Origin: Candidatus Babeliales bacterium
GTDB taxonomy: Bacteria; Babelota; Babeliae; Babelales; JANWKD01
NCBI GenBank assembly: GCA_025451595.1
Contig: JANWKD010000074.1
Span: 1-24,564, forward strand
Reading direction: 5' to 3'
Length of the DNA: 24,564 nucleotides
Under the pieces are notes generated by a model. That model made no database searches. It was not told the origin of the DNA and saw only the letters and a list, made by a program, of their open reading frames with translations. Below are positions 1-8,114 of the stretch, piece after piece. Each line of letters opens with the position of its first letter. Position 1 is the first letter of the stretch. Made by a program: the position numbers and the translations under genes.

Positions 1-1
1 A

Positions 2-1585
2 AGCCATCAATTAGAATATATGCAGCAATATTCACGCAAAATTGAAGAATCATTTTCAGTATGGCAAAAATACACAAATAGATTGAGCGATTATGCTCAG
101 CGATTAAAAGATTGTTTTGTTTGCACCAATACCAATCAAAAAATATCTACTTTACTTGCAGATGCAGTAATTAAATATATGGAAATTGAACGTGATCAAA
201 TTGTTCTTAAATATACTAACCTCGCTCGATTTATAATTGCTCAGCAAAAAATTGAGTTGCCGGAGCTGATCTGTTTTTGGAATAAGCCAGAATTGTATCA
301 TCAATTGGCGCTACGCGCGCGCAGACTCAATGATCGCGTACTCGTTCAATTTATTGAGGATGTAGCAATATTAATAAGTCAGGCGGTCCTTATGGCGGGC
401 AGCGGTTTGTATACGCAATGGATTAGCCAGGATGATGCGCAGATGTTTGAAGAATTGACCAAACAGCAAAATCAGTTAGCAGCAGATTTTGAGCAATTTA
501 TCAATACGCTACAAGCAAATCAAAAAGAAATTGCCGAGAATATTATTAATGCATTCAAGCAAGCGCAAACAGAACTTGAAAAAAAATACCAAGAAGCAAA
601 TACAGCGCAACAACAGGAGACTCTCTACCTTTTTAAAGCAATTAATTTAGACAAACCACGTATTAATTATTTACTGCAACCTGCAACCTCGTATGATCAG
701 ATTTTTCAAGCGTCTGTAATGAATACACCATTATTACAACCTTGGTATAACATATACCAAGTGGGCGACTGGGAGTTTGATATTACCAGCAATAGCTTTT
801 GGCAATACCAATTATCTCCATTCGGAACGCCATTTTGGAAGCCATTTAATGGCAAAGATGATCCATCTCGAAATGCAATTTTTTCTGAATTCATTCCAAG
901 CAACGGATCCACCTCTGATATTGAAATTGAATGTACCATCATCCAATGCACGTATCCTTTTTTTGCAGGAATCATATTCAACCGTGGTCGTTGGATTGCT
1001 GGTGATCCTGAACGGATTTGGCAATATCGATTAGTAGGGCTTTATGGAACGCAATCGGATGCTAGTAATGCGTATAGTCGCGCTATTAACCTTCATTTTG
1101 CGCAGCAATTATTACAATTACCAAAAACGAAAGACGATAAAGAATCGATTATTTCAGCGCTCGAACAAATTACCACGAGTAACTCAACCAATTTGTATCA
1201 ATTAGATAAAGATGATTCATTCCAACTCGTAAAAAAACCATTGACCTATATTTTTGCGATCAATACTTCCCCCAATAAAGTCACTATAACGGTATCTAAA
1301 AAAGAAGTTGCTGGTACTCAAACAGCAATTATGAAGTTATTTTCAACGTCAATTGATAATCTTGATAATTATCTTGCTGTGTATCATGGCATTGGATTTA
1401 TGGCCCCTGGATGCAAAGCACAGTTTGTTATAAAAAAACCGAGCGCTCTGACCATCAAAAATAGTGAAAGCGAATCCAAAATAGCTGGATTACTGAGCAA
1501 TAGTAAAAGAAGAAGTCACCGATTGGCCAATAACAATCAATCATTAAAAAGAACTCAATATACTCAGTTAAGTGTAGGTACGTAA
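2..1585 (+). CDS. Hypothetical protein, probably 5'-truncated: hydrophobic helix, coiled coil and ConA/LamG-like beta-rich C-terminal domain; partial paralog of the downstream giant protein
   Basis: Frame is open from base 2 (S-H-Q-L-E-Y) through the ATG at 20 to TAA 1583-1585, so the true start may lie outside the window. Hydrophobic stretch VLVQFIEDVAILISQAVLMAGSGLY (338-), Q/E/K-rich helical segment, then alternating beta-strand pattern (DIEIECTII, FFAGIIFN, YIFAIN, GIGFMAPG). Confidence 0.85.
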   Translation, partial: SHQLEYMQQYSRKIEESFSVWQKYTNRLSDYAQRLKDCFVCTNTNQKISTLLADAVIKYMEIERDQIVLKYTNLARFIIAQQKIELPELICFWNKPELYHQLALRARRLNDRVLVQFIEDVAILISQAVLMAGSGLYTQWISQDDAQMFEELTKQQNQLAADFEQFINTLQANQKEIAENIINAFKQAQTELEKKYQEANTAQQQETLYLFKAINLDKPRINYLLQPATSYDQIFQASVMNTPLLQPWYNIYQVGDWEFDITSNSFWQYQLSPFGTPFWKPFNGKDDPSRNAIFSEFIPSNGSTSDIEIECTIIQCTYPFFAGIIFNRGRWIAGDPERIWQYRLVGLYGTQSDASNAYSRAINLHFAQQLLQLPKTKDDKESIISALEQITTSNSTNLYQLDKDDSFQLVKKPLTYIFAINTSPNKVTITVSKKEVAGTQTAIMKLFSTSIDNLDNYLAVYHGIGFMAPGCKAQFVIKKPSALTIKNSESESKIAGLLSNSKRRSHRLANNNQSLKRTQYTQLSVGT

Positions 1586-4500
1586 TGAACTATATTATTT
1601 TTCTTATTGCATTGAATACCTTAATACTAAACGCTGCTCAACAATCCCAAAAATTACAGGAACCCGTCAATACAAAGGTTACCCCTACGCAAGCGTTAGC
1701 TATAAAAAAACAAGCAGCAACGGGCGCACAATTGGCTGCGCAGACGTTATTTAATCCTATTGATCCTACCAGCAAACCTTCAAAAGCCAATCCATATGGC
1801 ACCGTCTCATTGAATGAAGCAGCCATCAACGAAACATTTGGCCCGCAGGGTTTAAATTTGCCAACCGATTATATTCAATACATCAAGAACTTTTATTTTT
1901 ATTTAGAATATGTAGCTCGCTTGGAATACGCCGCAAAGCTTGCAACCATAGCTTCGACAAAAGGGATCGCTATGCTCGGAACTATAAGCAGTGGCGGGTG
2001 GCATGCATTTGTGCAAAAAATGGAGTCTGTAGCGGGCTCTTGGCAGAAACTTGAGCAAGAATTGCAAACAATAGCCAACCCTGCATGGTCAGACATTATT
2101 GGTACCATCAATGCTACCTCGTGGCAAAATTTAGCAGAAACTGATTTTTGGCAAAGCTTTAATAATCGTATTAATGCGCAAAGCTTGAACGATTCGATGG
2201 TATGGCAAAACTATTTAAAGATTATGATCAGCAATACTTTTGTGCAAGATACCGGATTGCTCACTTCTATTTTTGAATCAGAAGTAACTCTCTTTAAATA
2301 TATACCTAACATTGAAGTTGCCTACTACCATCCCGAATTTACCGTACTGCGCAATGGTTCTGAAATGTTTCGTATTAACCTCGTTCTTACTGATGCGCTC
2401 CGTACACGCATGGCTATGCAGTCGACTAATTGGAAGGGAATAGATTCAATTAATTTATTGGCCCAAGCGCAAAAATTTCAACAAACAGACTTTTATAAAG
2501 TAGTGACTCTTGCTGAACAAAATCCATCGAATAGTATGAATCAAATTGCTCAATCAAAATTTCCGTACGATCCTCAAATATTCAAAAAAGTTCCCTTACT
2601 ACAAGAACAACTTACCTGCTTTGCGATGATTAAAATAATTCAAGCATTAATTATGAACGTATATGACAAAACGCATCTTGATAATACTATGCAAATACTT
2701 TCAGATGCCAAGATTGCAAAACCGAGCCCTTCCATTTTTTTGTATACACCCAGCGATTATTTGTATCTTGATGATTTAGCGCACTTGAACGATAGCTTTG
2801 AGCAACATGCAAGCTCTCAACAGACACCTTCCCCAGCACAAGCTACGAAATTAGTAAACTATTTTATGAACCAAAAGCCAGAAGAGCGTATTGCAGTTGC
2901 TAGTTTTTTTGGAAATATGTGGAGCACCGTAAAAGACACGGCAGGCAAAAGCTGGGACGATGTCAAAAAAGGAGTAACCGACGCAGAGAAATTAGGCACT
3001 GATACGTTAGACTCCATCACAAATGAAGCAGAAGCGCTTGGCTTTGTAAGTCTTGGTGCTTTTTTAAAAGTTACGGGGCTTGATCCTCAAATGGCCGATA
3101 AATTATTAAAAGAATCACGGGATTTACAAAATAAAGTATATAAAGACCTAGAAGCTACCGGCGACGACCTGGATAATTTAGTAGACGATGTAGGTAATGC
3201 AGCAATTGATGTAAATTCTGGTATTGGTGCAGCAATTGGACAAAGTTTGTCTCTGCTTGATCCAAAACTTGGTAAAGCAGCGCAAGGCTTGTATACAAGT
3301 GTATTTGTAGCTGTCGTTCAATCTGCCGAATCAATGCCCCATTTAGTTATCGCAGAAGGACTTGGAATCGTTAAACTACAAGCAGATGCCGTGAATATGA
3401 TCGCCGATATTACTGCCGATGCGGTAACGGGAAATTATAAAGAACTGGGGGAAGATATTTATACCGGTATTGCACGAATGGCAAAGGACACTGCAGTTAC
3501 TATTCTAAATGTTATTACCTTAAGCGTTAAAAATGTAATTAATAGCTTAATGAATGCCGTAAAAATTACTGCGTATCTAACCGCTTTGCTTACTCGTGTA
3601 TGGATTGATATGTGGACTGCGGTAACATTTGTTGCAACAGGATTTGCTTCAATTTTTGACCCTTCCATCGATCCATTTTCCGTGTCACAAGAGGTTCAAG
3701 ACACGTTGAGCCAGCATGAAAGAACTATTAATGCAGTTATTACTACCGCACTACTGCTTGCGTCTATCCCACTGACTGGAGGAACATCTCTTGCTATTAT
3801 TGGTATGGGCGCTATGACTCTTGGCCCGCAACTATTTTCAGTGTATGGTAGCTACCAAGAAGATGAAATGGCAAAAGAGCAACTTGCTGATGAAAAGCAA
3901 TTTATCAGCAATTATCAAGCATATGTCGCGAATAATAAACTGATTAATATTGTGCAACAAAAACAATGGGCAAATGAGCTTCAGCTCAAATACCAAGCAC
4001 AAACAAGTAATCAAGAACGTGCGCTGGGGTTCTATGAAAACTATTTAAACGAAAATATAAATAGTTTGAAAACGCAGTTCGCTCAAGCACTCGGACAACG
4101 TTGGGCAACCCTATTGCAGCCTGACTCACATGGCCTTGCGCTTGGTGACGTTGGTTCTATTTATTCGGTACAAACAAATCTATTTAATCTTAATCCGTCT
4201 CAAGGTTTTCCATTATACAGTATGGCCCGTCAATCGTTTAGCCAGGAAATTGCGGTCGCTCCCGCTCTTATTTGGCAGGCCGACAGCGGTCAGCCTACCT
4301 CTGCGGTGACCCAAAATTGGTTTAATCAAAAAGAGACGATGATTCTCAATGAGCCAGTTCATAATGCTGAAATTCGTTTTAAAGCCATTTATGTACTCAA
4401 TAGCTACCACATTGGTTTATATCTTGGGGGCGCTACTATTGATATTGCCGACGTCATTAAAAACAAAATGGCGCCAATCAATGCAGATCATTTAGCAAAA

Positions 4501-5889
4501 ATGATTGTATTCAGAAAAGTAGGAAAGAATAGTAAAACAACAGTACAACTGTACGAACACGAAGGTGCGGGTTGGGTTACGCCTTTGAGTAATGGTCCCA
4601 CTTTTGCATTAGGTACCTGGTATCACATTAAAGTCAATTTGATTGACCCGGGAACCACCTTACAAGTCAAAGTGTGGGCAGAACCAGATCAAGAGCCAAA
4701 CTTTTGGCAATCGTTTACCGTCAGTCCGAGTGATCAAAAAACAGTTGGGGTGATTTCATCTGGCGCTTCGATTGAATATCAAATAGTCAATCCAAAACCA
4801 AAGATCGAGCCGATCACAAGTTTACGTCCTGAAAATAAATATCTAAGTCCCGTCGATCAGCAAACCTGGCTTCCATTGCAATTTGAAAAAGAACGTGAAA
4901 AAGCTGCTCAACAACAAATGAAATATCTTCTACAGCCGACGATTGGTAGTTTACAATTAAAACCATACGACACCATGCAAATTGTAAAAGAGAATTATAT
5001 TTACACGACACAAGACACTCAATTAATAGATAAAAATAATAAGTTTATTACTGATTATGTGTTGCCAGCAACGGTCAAATATTATGAGGGATCAAACAAT
5101 GTGCAAGAGGTAACCAATATTGGCCAACAACCACACAACGACTCAAGCATCGTCAGTCTTGTGACCAATAAGGCCTTTACTAAGAATGGTACTGATGTTC
5201 ATTTTGCGGTCACTGATCTTTTTGATACGTATCAAAAAAATCATCCAATACCCGATGATCTGGTAAAAACATTAAAATCTATGCAGCAAGAGTATCAATC
5301 TATGCTCATGAATGTGACATTTGGCATTTGGAAATTACAAGCAACAAGCAGTCAAGATGTTCAAAATCATCAATACATATACACTATGCCATTATATGAC
5401 CAAAATAATAAACTTATTCCAAATGCACTTGATTATCTATTGTTCGCTCGCTGGGAGAATAATTATATTGCTACCGCTCCCGGAAACCCAGGCTATAATT
5501 ATCTTGATGTTTTATCAGATACAACGAGTCAGTATGTAATTATTAGTCTTGTTAGTGGTAACGCCTATTCAAACTCAAGCAAAACCCCTTTACTGACCGG
5601 CTTTGCAGTGAATAACCTATTACAGAATTATCAAAATACCTATGGAAACGTGCGATCAGATTTAGTTTCTCAAATACAAGCTGCCGTTGCTTTATACAAC
5701 CCGCCGACATCAGACAAAACTGCTAACTCTTCAGGACCTGCAACGGGTACCGGAGCTAATAATGTACAAAGCACGACATCTGGTTCCAATGCGAGCGGCA
5801 ACGATCAACCAACTGGCGGTTCTTCCAATGATAGTTTACAAAATCGCAGTGATGATGCGGGTGGTGATAATGTAGATTTTGGCTTTTGA
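1585..5889 (+). CDS. 1434-aa secreted multidomain protein: signal peptide, unknown N-domain, amphipathic/hydrophobic helical region, coiled coil, ConA/LamG-like domain, two tandem ~126-aa repeats, low-complexity tail
   Basis: Uninterrupted 4.3-kb ORF with a TAATG stop/start overlap at 1583-1587. N-terminus MNYIIFLIALNTLILNA is Sec-signal-like. Hydrophobic hairpin at 3727-3840; GTWYHIKVNL...LQVKVW is typical of ConA/LamG-type sandwiches. The CDS is certain; the function is not. Confidence 0.9.
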   Translation: MNYIIFLIALNTLILNAAQQSQKLQEPVNTKVTPTQALAIKKQAATGAQLAAQTLFNPIDPTSKPSKANPYGTVSLNEAAINETFGPQGLNLPTDYIQYIKNFYFYLEYVARLEYAAKLATIASTKGIAMLGTISSGGWHAFVQKMESVAGSWQKLEQELQTIANPAWSDIIGTINATSWQNLAETDFWQSFNNRINAQSLNDSMVWQNYLKIMISNTFVQDTGLLTSIFESEVTLFKYIPNIEVAYYHPEFTVLRNGSEMFRINLVLTDALRTRMAMQSTNWKGIDSINLLAQAQKFQQTDFYKVVTLAEQNPSNSMNQIAQSKFPYDPQIFKKVPLLQEQLTCFAMIKIIQALIMNVYDKTHLDNTMQILSDAKIAKPSPSIFLYTPSDYLYLDDLAHLNDSFEQHASSQQTPSPAQATKLVNYFMNQKPEERIAVASFFGNMWSTVKDTAGKSWDDVKKGVTDAEKLGTDTLDSITNEAEALGFVSLGAFLKVTGLDPQMADKLLKESRDLQNKVYKDLEATGDDLDNLVDDVGNAAIDVNSGIGAAIGQSLSLLDPKLGKAAQGLYTSVFVAVVQSAESMPHLVIAEGLGIVKLQADAVNMIADITADAVTGNYKELGEDIYTGIARMAKDTAVTILNVITLSVKNVINSLMNAVKITAYLTALLTRVWIDMWTAVTFVATGFASIFDPSIDPFSVSQEVQDTLSQHERTINAVITTALLLASIPLTGGTSLAIIGMGAMTLGPQLFSVYGSYQEDEMAKEQLADEKQFISNYQAYVANNKLINIVQQKQWANELQLKYQAQTSNQERALGFYENYLNENINSLKTQFAQALGQRWATLLQPDSHGLALGDVGSIYSVQTNLFNLNPSQGFPLYSMARQSFSQEIAVAPALIWQADSGQPTSAVTQNWFNQKETMILNEPVHNAEIRFKAIYVLNSYHIGLYLGGATIDIADVIKNKMAPINADHLAKMIVFRKVGKNSKTTVQLYEHEGAGWVTPLSNGPTFALGTWYHIKVNLIDPGTTLQVKVWAEPDQEPNFWQSFTVSPSDQKTVGVISSGASIEYQIVNPKPKIEPITSLRPENKYLSPVDQQTWLPLQFEKEREKAAQQQMKYLLQPTIGSLQLKPYDTMQIVKENYIYTTQDTQLIDKNNKFITDYVLPATVKYYEGSNNVQEVTNIGQQPHNDSSIVSLVTNKAFTKNGTDVHFAVTDLFDTYQKNHPIPDDLVKTLKSMQQEYQSMLMNVTFGIWKLQATSSQDVQNHQYIYTMPLYDQNNKLIPNALDYLLFARWENNYIATAPGNPGYNYLDVLSDTTSQYVIISLVSGNAYSNSSKTPLLTGFAVNNLLQNYQNTYGNVRSDLVSQIQAAVALYNPPTSDKTANSSGPATGTGANNVQSTTSGSNASGNDQPTGGSSNDSLQNRSDDAGGDNVDFGF
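4939..5700 (+). repeat. Two tandem protein-level repeats (aa 1119-1244 and 1245-1372) inside the giant ORF
   Basis: Repeat 1: TIGSLQL..YIYT..LIDKNNKFITDYVL..IVSLVT..FAVTDLFDTYQ..DDLV..Y. Repeat 2: TFGIWKL..YIYT..LYDQNNKLI..DYLL..IISLVS..FAVNNLLQNYQ..SDLV..Y. Confidence 0.8.
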
Positions 5890-6864
5890 TCAAGAAATCT
5901 CGCATCTTGCTTGTGATTCTCTTGACATTTCTTTTGCATGTTTTGCGCCTACTGAACGAAGAAATTCATAAATCTCTTTATGATTAACCCGATCAACGTA
6001 ATCTAAGGCAGTCCTGCATGTATTCGAGGTTTGAGATTTATTAAGTTGATTGATATCTCCACCGTAATCAATAAATGATTTAACAATGTTTTTAAAGTTC
6101 TGAATGGTTTCATTTATTCTAAGCCCACTTTCTATTGCGATAGCCGCCGCCCGGTATGTATCCCTAAGTAAATCAGGAACAATAGCTCCCTTTTCAAATA
6201 ATTTCTTTAAAAGATTTAATGCGCGCTTTCTGTCATTGGCACTATGTTCTAGTATTATTCTCTCAATAAGATTATCTAATACGAAAAAAGTATATTTTTT
6301 TTGCGGAGTATTATCATATGAGCCTGCGCCTGCTTGTAACAGCAATTCCGCCATTTCATATTGTTTGGTCTTAACTGCATCTAATAACAATTCATAGCCA
6401 TAGTTTTTCAAAAAATCTTGCACGGATTGGTTTTTTAATAATAATATTAGTTCCAAATTATTAATATCATCTCTCCTGATCATTAATTTAATAGCATGTT
6501 CAAAACCATGAAATTTTATTTCATCCGCAAGATTTTTAATACGATGAAAATCAGCGCCACAATATTGCAATAATTCAATTAAACTCTTTTCATAAGAACG
6601 AGGTATGTAAGGATCTAATAACAATATTAATAACGCAAGGTTTACGTTATTTCTTGCTTGAATGAGATAACTTCCTACCATTTTAATATTATTATCAGTA
6701 ATCTTTTCGAGTTTTGATCGGTCACCCGTTATTAATATTTGATCAACTAATGTTTTAAGCGATTGACAGACTAAACTTTCAGGTTGCTGCAAGGATAATA
6801 GATATTGATGATGGCTAATTTCAAATAGCATCAGAAAAAACAGTATAACAATTTTTTTATTCAT
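5890..6864 (-). CDS. Secreted ankyrin-repeat protein (paralog 4 of tandem array)
   Basis: GAGGAG RBS 5 nt upstream of the ATG. Signal-like N-terminus MNKKIVILFFLMLF. Ankyrin-like motifs LLDAVKTKQYEMAELLLQAGA, IVKSFIDYGGDINQ, RTALDYV..EIYEFLRSVGA. Confidence 0.8.
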   Translation of the reverse strand: MNKKIVILFFLMLFEISHHQYLLSLQQPESLVCQSLKTLVDQILITGDRSKLEKITDNNIKMVGSYLIQARNNVNLALLILLLDPYIPRSYEKSLIELLQYCGADFHRIKNLADEIKFHGFEHAIKLMIRRDDINNLELILLLKNQSVQDFLKNYGYELLLDAVKTKQYEMAELLLQAGAGSYDNTPQKKYTFFVLDNLIERIILEHSANDRKRALNLLKKLFEKGAIVPDLLRDTYRAAAIAIESGLRINETIQNFKNIVKSFIDYGGDINQLNKSQTSNTCRTALDYVDRVNHKEIYEFLRSVGAKHAKEMSRESQARCEIS

Positions 6865-6917
6865 TTTAACTCCTCTTCATTATTTGAAAGTTTATCTGCA
6901 TTCAATAGGCTCACTAA

Positions 6918-8114
6918 TTAGTCATGCAGAACCCCTCTTGACCAATGATATTTATACAATGGTTCAAACGATCTTTTTTGAGCCCCTAATCCAATAAGAA
7001 AATTTTGCATATCTTTATCTTGCGCAAATTGAAATACTGACTGCTGGTCCATATTTATTGCCTGAATATCTGCACCAAATTCGACCAATAATTTAATTAC
7101 TTTTTTTAAATCATCTTTGTCTTTGATGTGCTTCATAGCAAATATAATAGGCGGATCAAATACTTCTGACTTGCTATTTAAACTTAATCCAGACACTGCA
7201 TAAGATATTATATTATTTTTAAATGACTCATAATCTTTATCGCTCACGTATTTCCAAATTATATCTTCCGGAAGCTTCTCAATAAGCTCTTTTGATCTTC
7301 TTGAAAGAGGTATATTGGATTCTATAAGCGATTTAATTTTTTTAAATTCAAACCTTTCACTATATCTAGCAAGTAATTCCTCTGTCTGATCAAATTTATA
7401 GCTATTTATAATTTTGTCGGCCGTAAGATAATCTGCTCCACAATTAATCAAATTAATGTCATTATAATACTGATCATCCATAAGATCTTCGATGGCATAA
7501 CTTCCCGTTAAAACAGAATTTACAACAGCTGCAGTAGGATCATTGTCTGCTTCAAAAAGCGATAATCCCACGCTTTGCAATTCAACTGGTAGTTGTTTAA
7601 TAAGAGATACATTATCCATTTTGAGTGCTTGATCTACTTGAGCTTTTACAACGCTACAAATAACTTGACTACGAAGAGCAATTGGTAGCGTTTTTATTAT
7701 TTTAAAACTAGTATAATCACTAAATTCAATGATCTCTTTTAGTATCCGGGAAGTAATTAAATAATATTCTTTTTCTAATTTGACAAGTTCCTCAAAAAAA
7801 GCGTGCTGTATTTCTAATGGAAACTCGTTTATTTGTTCTAATACCATAAGATCGTTGGCATCTCTTGCTTTTTGATATAAAGCTCTTGCAAGGCCTTTTG
7901 CTTGTTGTTTCACTATATTAACAAAAGGATAGGTGACTTCTGGAGTATTATTAAAAAATTCAATTAATCGACTCATATCTCTCGTTTGAACTGCATCCTT
8001 TATTAATGATTGTATCGCGAGAGTCGTTAATGCCGGCATTCGTTGTCCCGTATTTACATAATTTCCAATACAAATTAAAAGCAATAGTATTATTAATCTT
8101 TTTATTGTTATCAT
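6918..8114 (-). CDS. Secreted protein with LPxxL helical repeats and C-terminal ankyrin repeats (paralog 3)
   Basis: Signal-like MITIKRLIILLLLICIG. C-terminal PPIIFAM..VIKLLVEFGADIQAINMDQQSVFQFA..NFLIGLGA. TAATG overlap with the upstream gene at 8112-8116 (minus strand). Confidence 0.8.
   Translation of the reverse strand: MITIKRLIILLLLICIGNYVNTGQRMPALTTLAIQSLIKDAVQTRDMSRLIEFFNNTPEVTYPFVNIVKQQAKGLARALYQKARDANDLMVLEQINEFPLEIQHAFFEELVKLEKEYYLITSRILKEIIEFSDYTSFKIIKTLPIALRSQVICSVVKAQVDQALKMDNVSLIKQLPVELQSVGLSLFEADNDPTAAVVNSVLTGSYAIEDLMDDQYYNDINLINCGADYLTADKIINSYKFDQTEELLARYSERFEFKKIKSLIESNIPLSRRSKELIEKLPEDIIWKYVSDKDYESFKNNIISYAVSGLSLNSKSEVFDPPIIFAMKHIKDKDDLKKVIKLLVEFGADIQAINMDQQSVFQFAQDKDMQNFLIGLGAQKRSFEPLYKYHWSRGVLHD

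Noticed and set aside
314-322. Alternating CGCGCGCGC run (Z-DNA-like)
   Set aside because: Only 9 nt and explained by Arg-Ala-Arg codons.
1585-5889. Botulinum/tetanus neurotoxin-like protein (helical translocation region followed by a ConA-like domain)
   Set aside because: No HExxH zinc-protease motif in the N-terminal region; the only HE pairs (QHERT, EHEGA) lack the second His. Only the domain order is similar.
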